Source of the DNA: an uncultured Anaerolineae bacterium
Lineage (GTDB): Bacteria > Chloroflexota > Anaerolineae > JAFGEY01
Assembly (NCBI GenBank): GCA_964449465.1
Contig: CAYVBK010000012.1
Location: 26,552 to 90,551, forward strand
DNA: 64,000 bases
Direction of reading: 5' to 3'
Shown: piece by piece, positions 9,206 to 18,567 of the stretch
Numbering within the stretch: position 1 is the stretch's first letter
Layout of the letters: each line of letters opens with the position of its first letter
Position numbers and translations under genes: made by a program
The notes under the pieces: model-generated
Told to the model about the DNA's origin: nothing
What the model saw: the letters and a program-made list of their open reading frames with translations, nothing else
The model's database searches: none

Positions 9206-10570
9206 ATGTCTAATTTACCCAATATTCTCTTGATTTACACCGATCAACACCGTTTTGACTGCCTCGGCGTGAACGGCCATCCGCTCTTACAAACGCCGCA
9301 CCTGGATCGCCTGGCCGCTGAGGGCGTCAATATGACGCACGCCTTTTGCCCCATCCCGGTGTGCATTCCGGCGCGCAACAGCCTGTTTCACGGGCAATGG
9401 TCCACCAGCCATCTGGCTATCGCCAACTGGGATACCGAAGCCCCACGCCCGGCTCGCGAAGGGCTGCCTTCCTGGAGCCAATCGCTGCGACAGGCCGACT
9501 ACTGGCTGGGCTATGTGGGCAAATGGCACGTCCACCCTCGCCTGACTCCGCCCGATTACGGATTTCACCGCTATGTACCGGCGCGCGAATACGCCTCCTG
9601 GCGGGCCGCCTGCGAGCTTCCCCCTGTGCCATCCACCGACTGGCGCGGCGGCGCCGATGCCGCCATTCAACCGCATCAGTCGGCGTTGGGCTGGGGCGCC
9701 GAGCAGACAATCCAGATGCTCCGCGAACGCGCCGCCCCCGACCAGCCTTTTATGATCGGCTGGTTTACCGACGAGCCACACCTGCCCAACCGCCCGCCCG
9801 AACCATACGCATCTATGTACCCGCCGGCCGACATTCCACCCTGGCCCGGCTGGGGTGACGATCTGATCGGCAAACCCTACATCCAGGCACAACAGCGACG
9901 CTCCTGGCAGGTGGAGGGCTGGACATGGGAGCAGTGGGCGGCGGTCGTCGGCCGCTACCTGGGAGTGATCAGCCTGTTGGACGCCCAGATCGGGCGGGTG
10001 CTGGATGCGCTGGACGAATTGGGGCTGGCCGAGAATACGCTGGTGATCTATACCGCCGATCACGGGGACATGTGCGGCAGCCACGGCATGGTAGACAAGC
10101 ATTTTGTGATGTACGACGACATTGTGCGTGTGCCCTTGATCTTGCGCTGGCCGGCGCGGCTGCCGGCCGGACAACAATGGGACACATGGGTCAGCAATGG
10201 CCTGGACCTGGCCGTCACCCTGTGTAGGGCCGCCGACGCGCCGGTGCCGGATACATTTTGCGGCCGCGACCTGCTGGGCGGCGACACGGGCAGATCTGAC
10301 ATATTGACCATGTATCACGGCAACCAATTCGGCCTGTACAGCCAGCGCATGGTGCGCGACCGGCAGTTCAAATACGTCTGGAACGCCACCGCCGAAGACG
10401 AACTGTACGATCTGACCGGCGATCCGGGCGAACTGCACAACCTGGCCGGTCAACCCGGTTTGGCAGATGAACTGGCACGACTGCACCACCGCCTGCTGGC
10501 CTGGATGCAAGAAATCGGCGATCCCCTGCTCAACGGCTGGGTGCGCGCCCAACTGGAGCGAGGACTCTAA
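9206..10570 (+). CDS. Formylglycine-dependent sulfatase (cytoplasmic)
   Basis: PNILLIYTDQHR, CIPAR (CxPxR), GKWH, YTADHGDM and DELYDL..DPGELHNL; no signal peptide. Confidence 0.93.
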   Translation: MSNLPNILLIYTDQHRFDCLGVNGHPLLQTPHLDRLAAEGVNMTHAFCPIPVCIPARNSLFHGQWSTSHLAIANWDTEAPRPAREGLPSWSQSLRQADYWLGYVGKWHVHPRLTPPDYGFHRYVPAREYASWRAACELPPVPSTDWRGGADAAIQPHQSALGWGAEQTIQMLRERAAPDQPFMIGWFTDEPHLPNRPPEPYASMYPPADIPPWPGWGDDLIGKPYIQAQQRRSWQVEGWTWEQWAAVVGRYLGVISLLDAQIGRVLDALDELGLAENTLVIYTADHGDMCGSHGMVDKHFVMYDDIVRVPLILRWPARLPAGQQWDTWVSNGLDLAVTLCRAADAPVPDTFCGRDLLGGDTGRSDILTMYHGNQFGLYSQRMVRDRQFKYVWNATAEDELYDLTGDPGELHNLAGQPGLADELARLHHRLLAWMQEIGDPLLNGWVRAQLERGL

Positions 10571-10640
10571 AAACAAGAGCAACCTGGGGGCGCGTTGCGT
10601 GTTTTGATGGATGCAAAAATATTCTCAGCAAGGAGGTCAA

Positions 10641-11282
10641 ATGATTATCGTCTTGGTTTTGATGGTTGCGGTGATTTCATACCTGATCGGCTCGACGCCG
10701 ATTGGCGTATTGGCAGCGCGGTGGATCGGGGGCGTAGATGTGCGGGCGGTGGGCAGCGGGCGCACCGGCACCACCAATGTCTATCGAGCGGCCGGGCGGT
10801 GGGGCGCCGTGCTGACCACGTTTGGCGACGTATTCAAGGGCATCTTGCCGGTGTGGATCGCCCGTCTGCTCACGGCGCGGTTGATGCCCCAATCGGCGTT
10901 GGTGATGGCACCGTGGATGGAAGCCATCGCCGGCATTGCCGCCATCACCGGTCACAACTGGTCGGTCTTTCTCAAATTCAAGGGCGGCGCCGGCACCATC
11001 ACCACGATGGGCATCCTGGCGGCTATGAACCTGCCGGCTACGGTTATCTTGATCGTCATGTCCGTGATTGCCCTGCTGATCTCGCACATGGCCTCGGTGG
11101 CCTCACTGACCATTGCCTTTACCATGGGGCTGATGCTGTGTGTGTTTTCCGCTCTAGGGCTCTCGCCGTGGGGATATGTGGTGTTTGGCTTTGTGGGTGG
11201 AGCTATGACCACCTATGCCTTGCGCCCCAACATTGTGCGCATCCTCAAAAAGCAAGAGCGGCAGTTGACCACATCGTATTGA
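10641..11282 (+). CDS. plsY: Glycerol-3-phosphate acyltransferase PlsY
   Basis: SD AGGAGG before ATG 10641. SYLIGSTP, GSGRTGTTNVYR, DVFKG, GHNWS, FKGGAG and H-x-x-N equivalent LRPNI; multiple TM segments. Confidence 0.9.
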   Translation: MIIVLVLMVAVISYLIGSTPIGVLAARWIGGVDVRAVGSGRTGTTNVYRAAGRWGAVLTTFGDVFKGILPVWIARLLTARLMPQSALVMAPWMEAIAGIAAITGHNWSVFLKFKGGAGTITTMGILAAMNLPATVILIVMSVIALLISHMASVASLTIAFTMGLMLCVFSALGLSPWGYVVFGFVGGAMTTYALRPNIVRILKKQERQLTTSY

Positions 11283-11295
11283 CCTTTGTCCTGAT

Positions 11296-11321
11296 GGGGC
11301 AAGGGAAAGCCCTGCCCCTAC
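11296..11321 (-). repeat. GTAG-type REP-like hairpin
   Basis: Minus strand GTAG-GGGCAGGGCTTTCCCTTGCCCC, an imperfect palindrome just after the plsY stop. Confidence 0.55.
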
Positions 11322-11443
11322 CTTTTCATCCATTGCCATACGCGTTGGTTGAGTTTATCGAAACCAACGTTTTGCACAAGCCTGGAGATCAAAAAACGGC
11401 TCAATGGCGCCATTGAGCCGTTTTTTATTGATCCATACCGTTT

Positions 11444-12157
11444 TTATTCTCCCAAATAGGCCTTTTTCACATCGGGGTTTTGCAACACCTCTTGCGCCGG
11501 GCCATCCAGCACAATGCGCCCGGTCTCTAGCACAAAAGCCCATTGAGCAATCGAAAGTGCCATCGCCGCGTTCTGCTCAACCAGCAAAATGCTGACACCC
11601 TGTCGGTTGATTGCCGCAATCATGTCAAAAATTTCTTCGACCAGGATGGGGGCCAGCCCCATAGACGGCTCATCTAGCAGCAGCAGCTTGGGTTTCGCCA
11701 TCAAACCACGCCCCATCGCCAGCATTTGCTGCTCGCCGCCCGACAGAGTGCCTCCAAGCTGGCTCTGGCGTTCTTTGAGGCGCGGAAAGCTGGCAAAGAC
11801 CTGCTCCATCGAACGAGCAATTTCGGCCTTGTCGGTGCGTGTATAGGCGCCCATCTCTAAATTTTCACGCACGGTCAGATTGGCGAAAATCTTGCGGCCT
11901 TCTGGCACATGGATCATCCCTCGCCTGACAATCCAGTCGGCCGGCTGACCGACAATGTTTTGCCCCTGATACAGAATCTCGCCGGCGGCGGCATGCAGCA
12001 GGCCCGAAATCGTCTTGAGGGTAGTGCTTTTGCCCGCGCCGTTGGCCCCGATCAGGGTGACAATTTCGCCCTCTTGCACCCGAAACGAAATGCCTTGCAG
12101 CGCGCGAATGGCGCCATAGTTGACCGACAAATTGCGTACTTTGAGGATATTTTCCAT
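11444..12157 (-). CDS. livF: Branched-chain amino acid ABC transporter ATP-binding protein
   Basis: GANGAGKST, LSGGEQQMLA and LLLDEPSMGLAP. Confidence 0.93.
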   Translation of the reverse strand: MENILKVRNLSVNYGAIRALQGISFRVQEGEIVTLIGANGAGKSTTLKTISGLLHAAAGEILYQGQNIVGQPADWIVRRGMIHVPEGRKIFANLTVRENLEMGAYTRTDKAEIARSMEQVFASFPRLKERQSQLGGTLSGGEQQMLAMGRGLMAKPKLLLLDEPSMGLAPILVEEIFDMIAAINRQGVSILLVEQNAAMALSIAQWAFVLETGRIVLDGPAQEVLQNPDVKKAYLGE

Positions 12158-12946
12158 CTATGCCTCCGCCCTTGCACCGACCACCTTGCCGCGTCCCAGA
12201 TAGGCTTCGATCACCTGACTGTTGGTTTGAATTTCGCGCGGCGTGCCACGAGCGATCACCTCGCCAAAGTCCATCACCGTAATCTGCTCACAAATGCCCA
12301 TCACCACGCGCATCTGATGCTCGATCAACAAAATCGTCAACTTGAAACGGTCGCGGATAAAGTGGATCAGATCCATCAACTCGATGGTCTCCTGGGGGTT
12401 CATGCCAGCAGCCGGCTCGTCAAGCAGTAGCAATTTCGGCTCGGTGGCCAGGGCACGGGCAATTTCCAGCCGACGCTGCTGACCGTAGGGCAGGCTGGAA
12501 GCAATCTCGTCTTGCAAGTCTTCCAGGTGAAAGACGGCCAAAAAATCCTGCGCTTCTTCGGTCAACTCGCGCTCGCGCCGCTCAAAACGGTCGGTGCGCA
12601 GGATGGCATCCATCATGGTATAGGCGGCATGCGGGTGATAGGCAATGCGCACATTGTCCAAGACGGTTAGACGAGGAAAGATGCGAATGTTTTGAAAGGT
12701 GCGGCCAATGCCGGCCTGGGTGATCTGATGCGGTTCCAGGCCGACAATTGAATGATCCATGAATTGAATCTGCCCCGACGTGATCGGAAAAAGGCCGGTG
12801 ACCAGGTTGAACACCGTCGTTTTACCGGCGCCGTTCGGCCCGATCAACCCATACAAAGCCCCTTGCGGCACCTCGATGCTGAAATCGTGCACCGCGCACA
12901 GACCGCCAAAGAATTTGGTCAGAGCATCAATTTTCAACACGGTCAT
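12158..12946 (-). CDS. livG: Branched-chain amino acid ABC transporter ATP-binding protein
   Basis: Start ATG 12946 (MTVLKID). GPNGAGKTT, LPYGQQRRLEIARAL and LLLDEPAAG. Confidence 0.93.
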   Translation of the reverse strand: MTVLKIDALTKFFGGLCAVHDFSIEVPQGALYGLIGPNGAGKTTVFNLVTGLFPITSGQIQFMDHSIVGLEPHQITQAGIGRTFQNIRIFPRLTVLDNVRIAYHPHAAYTMMDAILRTDRFERRERELTEEAQDFLAVFHLEDLQDEIASSLPYGQQRRLEIARALATEPKLLLLDEPAAGMNPQETIELMDLIHFIRDRFKLTILLIEHQMRVVMGICEQITVMDFGEVIARGTPREIQTNSQVIEAYLGRGKVVGARAEA

Positions 12947-14141
12947 CTTGCTTTCTCCTCGGCCAGATTTTGGACTTGAGAAAACCCAATTCGCCGCCGC
13001 CAAACAAACCCTGCGGACGCAGCAACATCACCAACAGCAAAATCAAGGGATAAATGACGTATCGCCACAGTTCCATACCCGAAGGCAGCAAACGCAACCC
13101 CTCCAGGCTGATGGCCCAGGCAAAAGCGGCCACCACTGTGCCGGTGATACTGCCCATTCCGCCAAAGACCAAGATGATCAGCGGATCGAAAGATTTGATA
13201 AAGTTGAACAAAGAAGGATGCAAAGTGGAGTAAAGATGGGAAAACAGCGCGCCGGCCAACCCGGCAAAAAAGCTGCCCACCACAAAAGCCAGCGTCTTGT
13301 AACGGGTCGTGTCAATCCCCATGGCCCGAGCGGCGATCTCGTCTTCGCGCACCGAAACGATGGCCCGCCCGCTGCTCGATTGCAGCAAATTGCGCATCAC
13401 CACCACCGTGGCCGCCAAAAAGAACAGCGACCAGAACCAAGTGGTGAGCTGCGGCGTGCCGACCATACCACGTGCCCCTTTCATTTCGGGGAAAACACTG
13501 TCGGCATTATCGGCCAGCACCTTGACCACGATGGTAAAACCCAGGGTGGCAATGCCAAAATAGTCGCCGCCCATTTTCAGCACCGGCAGACCAAACAAAT
13601 AGCTGATCGCCGCCGACAGCGTGGCGCCAAAAAAGACGGCCGCCAGAAAAGCCACCTGCCCGGCCAGAAAGGGCGGCAGGTGATTGATCAGACCGCAGGT
13701 GTCTCGCAAAAACACCCAGGGGCTGGCCTGCCCGGTGACAATCCAATGTCCGATCCAGCCCAACACGCCGACGCCCAACACGATCAGTGCAGTGCGCTGC
13801 ACCCAGCCCTTGCCCTTGATGGCCAATCCCAAAACGATCAACACCGCCATACTCAGCACCACCGCCAGCCCCGACATGTCATCGCGCGCCCAACGGTAGG
13901 TTACGTCGGCCGAAGCATACGCTCCGATGGCGTAAAAACCCCACTGCCCCAGAGAAAACTGACCGTTAAATCCATAAATCAGGTTCAGGCCGAGCGAAAT
14001 AATCGCCATAATGCACGCTCGCTGCAAAATGGTGGCCCAATAGGTGGTGATGATTTCCAGGCTGATCAAGAGCTGCATCACCGCAAACACCACCACCAGA
14101 CCGACGATCCACGGCCATTGTCCGAAAAATCGCTTGAACAT
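12927..14141 (-). CDS. livM: Branched-chain amino acid ABC transporter permease
   Basis: GLNLIYGFNGQFSLGQ, GDYFGIATLGF, REDEIAA and GGMGSITG. Confidence 0.9.
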   Translation of the reverse strand: MFKRFFGQWPWIVGLVVVFAVMQLLISLEIITTYWATILQRACIMAIISLGLNLIYGFNGQFSLGQWGFYAIGAYASADVTYRWARDDMSGLAVVLSMAVLIVLGLAIKGKGWVQRTALIVLGVGVLGWIGHWIVTGQASPWVFLRDTCGLINHLPPFLAGQVAFLAAVFFGATLSAAISYLFGLPVLKMGGDYFGIATLGFTIVVKVLADNADSVFPEMKGARGMVGTPQLTTWFWSLFFLAATVVVMRNLLQSSSGRAIVSVREDEIAARAMGIDTTRYKTLAFVVGSFFAGLAGALFSHLYSTLHPSLFNFIKSFDPLIILVFGGMGSITGTVVAAFAWAISLEGLRLLPSGMELWRYVIYPLILLLVMLLRPQGLFGGGELGFLKSKIWPRRKQDDRVEN

Positions 14142-14150
14142 AACCCGCTC

Positions 14151-15650
14151 CTATGCTTTTTCCCCGCCAGCCTCGCCAAAAATGCCGGTAGGCCGAATGA
14201 TCAGGACGAGGATCAGGATGGTAAAGGCAATGGCGTCGCGCATGGGGGTCGAAATAAAGGCCGCGCTCAACTCTTCGGCCTGCCCCATGATCAATGCGCC
14301 GAGAAATGCGCCGGGAATACTGCCAATGCCGCCCAGCACCGCCGACACAAAGGCACGCAAGCCTGGCATAATGCCCATAAACACGATCAATTGCGGATAG
14401 GCCACTGCATACAGCACGCTGGCCGCCCCGGCCAGCGAGGCCCCCAGCGCAAAGGTAAACGATATCACCTGATCCACATTGATGCCCATCAAGCGAGCGG
14501 TCTGCTTGTCCCAGGCCGATGCGCGCATCGCCTTGCCGATTTTGGTTTGGTTGACGATATATTGCAGCGTCACCAACAAAAAGACCGAGGCGGTCATGAC
14601 CAAAACCTGGATGTTGGTGATGCCAATGCCGGCCAAAGTCAGGCCCATATACAGGCTGCCCACGCCGCCGGCCAGCAGACCAAAACGAACGCCCAGTCGC
14701 AAAAATACGTTCTGAGCTAGCGGATGGACTGGTCCATTCTGATTCTTGCGGGTCAGATACCAGATCAAAGCCTGCCCGGCGACGCCCAATACCAACAAGA
14801 TCAGATACACAACCAACAGCGGAATGTTGAGATTGGCATTGTTCCAGCGCACCAGGTCAAACGGGCGATTATAGGTGACATAATCGGGGCCAAAGCCAAA
14901 GTCGAGCGCGGAAAAGTATTCCAGGAAAAAAGAAACACCGACGGCCGTGATCAGGGCGGCGATACGCGGGGCATTGCGCAGCGGCTTGTAAGCCACTCGC
15001 TCCACGACAATAGCCAGAAATGAGCTAGCCGCCATCGAGATCAGAATGATCAGCAACACGCCGATAGCCAGCGTCCACCCTGGCGCCGACGATGCGCCGG
15101 TCAACCGAACATAGAGGGCGCCGGGCCATTGATGCATCTTGAACGAGGAAATGGTGTAAAAGCTGACAAACGCGCCGATCATGAAAAAATCGCCGTGCGC
15201 AAAGTTGATCAGGCGCACCACCCCATACACCATAGTGTAACCCAAAGCGATCAGGGCATAGATAAAACCCTTTTGCAGACCGCCGACCATAATCTCGGTA
15301 AACAGGCTGGGGTTGAGAAAAAATTCGCCGACCAGTTTGACCAGAACGCCCGTTGCCAAAGCCCACGTCCATCCTTTGGCAGCCGTCTCTTGAGGCGTGC
15401 GGCGACGAATCAAGCCGCCCACCCCCCAAACAATCCAGGCCGCTGCCGCATACACAACGGCAGACCTCAGAGTCAAAACGATGGTCAGAGGCAGGCCTTG
15501 CAAGCCGGTTTTCAAATCGCCTTCAGAGATGGCCTGCAACACTACATCTCGCTGCTGGGCAAACATGGGTATGCCCCAATAGAGGCCCAGTACACCCACG
15601 CCGAATAATATAAACCACCATCCAATTGTCTTGATTTTCGATTCATTCAT
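14151..15650 (-). CDS. livH: Branched-chain amino acid ABC transporter permease, extended (~499 aa)
   Basis: YALIALGYTMVYG..LINFAHG, GKAMRA, VLGGIGSIPGA and RPTGIFG. Likely start ATG 15650; extra hydrophobic segments at the N terminus and internally. Confidence 0.88.
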   Translation of the reverse strand: MNESKIKTIGWWFILFGVGVLGLYWGIPMFAQQRDVVLQAISEGDLKTGLQGLPLTIVLTLRSAVVYAAAAWIVWGVGGLIRRRTPQETAAKGWTWALATGVLVKLVGEFFLNPSLFTEIMVGGLQKGFIYALIALGYTMVYGVVRLINFAHGDFFMIGAFVSFYTISSFKMHQWPGALYVRLTGASSAPGWTLAIGVLLIILISMAASSFLAIVVERVAYKPLRNAPRIAALITAVGVSFFLEYFSALDFGFGPDYVTYNRPFDLVRWNNANLNIPLLVVYLILLVLGVAGQALIWYLTRKNQNGPVHPLAQNVFLRLGVRFGLLAGGVGSLYMGLTLAGIGITNIQVLVMTASVFLLVTLQYIVNQTKIGKAMRASAWDKQTARLMGINVDQVISFTFALGASLAGAASVLYAVAYPQLIVFMGIMPGLRAFVSAVLGGIGSIPGAFLGALIMGQAEELSAAFISTPMRDAIAFTILILVLIIRPTGIFGEAGGEKA

Positions 15651-15763
15651 CGCCAACTCACCCACCTGCTTTTTGACCAATCGGGCTATCTGGGTTGCGC
15701 TACAAAACAAGGAGAGGGGAACTGCGCTGTTCGCCCTCTCCTCTCTTGAGTCATACCCCCAAA

Positions 15764-16915
15764 TTACTTGGTCGGTGCAAAGAACTTGAGGAACGGCTTT
15801 TGCCCACCCTTGATCTGGATGATAGCCGCCGTCTTGACCGGGTCATGATTCTTGTCGAACGTGATCTTGCCCGATACACCTTCGACTTCGATGGCCGCCA
15901 TCACATCGCGCACTTTGGTGGTGTCGGTGGTGTTGGCCTTTTGGATGGCCGAGAACAGGATGGTGGCGGCGTCATAGGCCAACACGGCCAGGGCATCCGG
16001 CTCTTTGCCATATGTGGCTTTGTACTTTTCCAAAAAGTTCTTGACGATAGGGCGTGGATCCGAAGCGGCATAGTGGTTGGAGAAATAGCCGCCGTCCACC
16101 GCCGTCACATCCAGATCGGCAGAATCCCAGCCATCTCCGCCCAGCAAGACAGCGGTGATGCCTTTTTCTTTGGCTTGCTTGCCGATCAGGCTGACCTTGT
16201 TGTAATAGTCGGGCAGGAACATCACATCGGGCTTGGCATCGGCCACTTTGGAGAGGATGGCCGAAAAGTCAGTGTCGGTATCGGTATACGCTTCATAAAC
16301 CAACACCTTGCCACCTTTTTTCTCAAAGGCATCCTTAAAGTACCCGGCCAGACCCATCACATAGTCGTTGCCCTTGTCATACATCACGGCAGCGGTCTTG
16401 GCGCCCAGGTCGCTCATGGCAAAAGAGGCCATCACATCGCCCTGGAACGGATCCAAAAAGCAGGCGCGAAAAGTAAACGGCTTGACGGCGCCGGTCTTGT
16501 CATCCACCGTCACTTTGGGGTTGGTCGAAGTGGGGCTGATTTGGAGCACTTTTTTGGTGGCTACAATTTCAGAAATAGGAATGGATGCGCTAGAGCACAC
16601 TTCGCCAATGATGAATTTGACTTTGTCTTGATCGATCACCTTATTGGCAGCATCGGTGGCCGCGGCCGGGTCACACTGCGAGTCGCCAACAACCCACTCG
16701 ATGGGCTTGCCCAGCAAACCGCCCTTTTCGTTCCACTCTTTGATGGCCAGTTCGGCGCCTTCTTTGGACGACTGCCCAAAGGTCGGTACCGGCCCGGTCA
16801 TCGGAAAGACCAACGCCACTTTGACCGCTTCTTTGGAGCCGGTCTGGCAGCCCACCGAACCCAACACGGTGGCCAATACGATCAGCAACGACACGACTTT
16901 GAACACGTTTTTCAT
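15764..16915 (-). CDS. livK: Branched-chain amino acid ABC substrate-binding lipoprotein
   Basis: SD AAGGAGG before ATG 16915. Lipobox-like GSVGC, PMTG, DSQCDP, SPTSTNP, FRACFLDPFQG and YDA. Confidence 0.9.
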   Translation of the reverse strand: MKNVFKVVSLLIVLATVLGSVGCQTGSKEAVKVALVFPMTGPVPTFGQSSKEGAELAIKEWNEKGGLLGKPIEWVVGDSQCDPAAATDAANKVIDQDKVKFIIGEVCSSASIPISEIVATKKVLQISPTSTNPKVTVDDKTGAVKPFTFRACFLDPFQGDVMASFAMSDLGAKTAAVMYDKGNDYVMGLAGYFKDAFEKKGGKVLVYEAYTDTDTDFSAILSKVADAKPDVMFLPDYYNKVSLIGKQAKEKGITAVLLGGDGWDSADLDVTAVDGGYFSNHYAASDPRPIVKNFLEKYKATYGKEPDALAVLAYDAATILFSAIQKANTTDTTKVRDVMAAIEVEGVSGKITFDKNHDPVKTAAIIQIKGGQKPFLKFFAPTK

Positions 16916-17051
16916 CGAATGAACCTCCTCCTTGGAAAACCTGATTAAAAACGAGTCTGACAACGCCTGGGAGCCTACCCCATTACCAACCAAAGGTGAT
17001 CTCACCCCTTTCGTCGAGATTGGTCAGGTTATCCTTCTCCTCGTTGAAAAG

Positions 17052-17405
17052 TTATTCTTCAAACACCAACTGCACTTCGGGCCGATCAATGTAGGTCAAA
17101 ATAAGCCAGGATGCCGCCACCGAAAGAACATAGGTGATCAAGATAGGCCAGTTCAATGCCTGTGCCGAATAGACATTGGCCCAAAAAGTGATCAGTCGCA
17201 CAATGATGTTGAATCCCTGCGTAAAAATGAGCAATTTGCGGCTCCAGGGTTTGTGATGAACTAGCGACCATCCCAATCCGGCGCACATCAGCACAAACAG
17301 GGCAATCAAAATGGCACTGGAGGCCGACAGCGGCCAGGGAAACAGGATAAAGGGCAAAATCTGAGACCAAGCGATCCAGGTAATGATCTGTGTCTGCTTT
17401 TCCAT
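17052..17405 (-). CDS. Small integral membrane protein of unknown function
   Basis: 117 aa with about four hydrophobic segments; lies between the consensus promoter and livK. Confidence 0.65.
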   Translation of the reverse strand: MEKQTQIITWIAWSQILPFILFPWPLSASSAILIALFVLMCAGLGWSLVHHKPWSRKLLIFTQGFNIIVRLITFWANVYSAQALNWPILITYVLSVAASWLILTYIDRPEVQLVFEE

Positions 17406-17509
17406 ATCGCCAAACTTTCACATCAGGCAAAGAACATTCCGGCGTTGGAATGTCTGGGGTTGAAAAACCGGGGTTTTGTTCAGACGATTGAACGCGTATT
17501 GACTTGCAA

Positions 17510-17563
17510 CATGGTGATTTACGGTTGGATAGAGATTATATCACCATGATCTGGTTGTGTCAA
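17510..17563 (-). promoter_or_regulatory. Consensus sigma70 promoter with overlapping inverted repeat (candidate operator)
   Basis: Minus strand TTGACA (17563-17558)-N17-TATAAT (17540-17535). CATGGTGAT (17510-17518) and ATCACCATG (17540-17548) form a 9-bp inverted repeat 21 nt apart. Confidence 0.75.
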
Positions 17564-18228
17564 AAAGACACATTGAGCGGCAGCGGCATCTGTCGCGGCA
17601 GATGCCGCGCCCACGGCGCGTGCAGGGTTTCCAACACGCGCTGCGAAACCTGTGAGAGATGCTGCTCATTATGCGCAAAATCCAGGTCATCGGTTGGGAC
17701 GGTTAGCACGGCGCAAAGATTGAAATGAGCGATCCAATCCTCATAAAAGCGATTCAGCCGCTCCAAATAGGCCATAGAAATCTCTTGTTCATAATCGCGA
17801 CCGCGGCTGTGAATGCGTTCCATCAATGTAGGCACCGAAGCCTGCAAATAGATCACCAGGTCGGGCGGCGGCAGAATGTCAATCACTGTCTCGTACAACT
17901 GGCGATAGCTGGCATAATCGCGTTCGTTCATATAGCCCTGCTCGTGCAGGTTACGAGCAAAAATTTCGGCATCTTCATAGACGGTGCGATCCTGGATCAC
18001 GGTGCCGGGGCGTTTTAGAATTTGGTGATGATGGCTCAGCCGTCGCGACAAAAAGAAAATCTGCGAGTGAAAGGCCCAGGCGCGCATGTCTTGATAGAAA
18101 TCGGCCAGGTATGGGTTTTCGCCCACCGGCTCGTAAAACGGCTCCCAGAGATAATACTCGCACAATTGTCTGGCCAGCGTAGACTTGCCCACGCCGATAT
18201 TTCCGGCAATAGCGATAAATTTTTTCAT
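17560..18228 (-). CDS. Deoxynucleoside kinase (dAK/dGK/dCK family)
   Basis: IAIAGNIGVGKST, YEPV..NPYL..FY, QIFFL, DRTVYED, PDLVIYL and RIHSRGR. Confidence 0.93.
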   Translation of the reverse strand: MKKFIAIAGNIGVGKSTLARQLCEYYLWEPFYEPVGENPYLADFYQDMRAWAFHSQIFFLSRRLSHHHQILKRPGTVIQDRTVYEDAEIFARNLHEQGYMNERDYASYRQLYETVIDILPPPDLVIYLQASVPTLMERIHSRGRDYEQEISMAYLERLNRFYEDWIAHFNLCAVLTVPTDDLDFAHNEQHLSQVSQRVLETLHAPWARHLPRQMPLPLNVSF

Positions 18229-18243
18229 GGCCGGAACCGCATC

Positions 18244-18480
18244 TCAATCCAGGTCTACATCAGCCGAAGCCGGATGCAGGTATTTGATCGCCCCCTTGCT
18301 GATCCACACCTCGGGGCCTTTGGCCGGCCGGATAAAGATCTCGTATGTGTCCACGCCGGTCAGCACGCCTTTGAGCACTTTGCCATCCAAAAACGTCACC
18401 TTGACCCACTTGTTTTCCAACGCCGCCATGTAAACCGCCTGGCTTTGTCCCCAATTTTTCTTGGCCTTGTCGTTGTTCAT
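18244..18480 (-). CDS. Hfq/Sm-like (LSm) small protein, 78 aa
   Basis: SD GAAAGGA before ATG 18480. SQAVYMAAL / VTFLDGKVLKGVLTGVDTYEIFI / VWISKGAIKYLHP aligns by eye with the Hfq helix, Sm1 and Sm2 motifs. Confidence 0.72.
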   Translation of the reverse strand: MNNDKAKKNWGQSQAVYMAALENKWVKVTFLDGKVLKGVLTGVDTYEIFIRPAKGPEVWISKGAIKYLHPASADVDLD

Positions 18481-18567
18481 GCTGCTTCCTTTCAAAAGAT
18501 AATGGCTTTTCACAGGCCTATTGTACTCGAAACTCGGCTCAGGGCAAAACGGCAAAAGGCAGTCACG

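Noticed and set aside
8961-9206. 81-aa minus-strand ORF; QIWHEG faintly recalls a RAYT transposase segment
   Set aside because: No HUH or catalytic Tyr motif; it overlaps the MerR-type promoter and has no SD.
12780-14720. Long antisense ORFs (also 21862-24114, 58535-59977, 35935-37104, 9287-10582, 15695-16948, 56540-57769)
   Set aside because: They lie opposite well-supported genes, show no family motifs, and are expected shadows of GC-rich codon usage.
16916-17051. Riboswitch or ribozyme in the livK leader
   Set aside because: Some hairpin potential, but no c-di-GMP, T-box or hammerhead consensus could be completed.
18524-18552. Fifth copy of the TCGACAGGCTC hairpin family (TCGAAACTCGGCTCAGGGC)
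   Set aside because: Too divergent and lacks the flanking stem.
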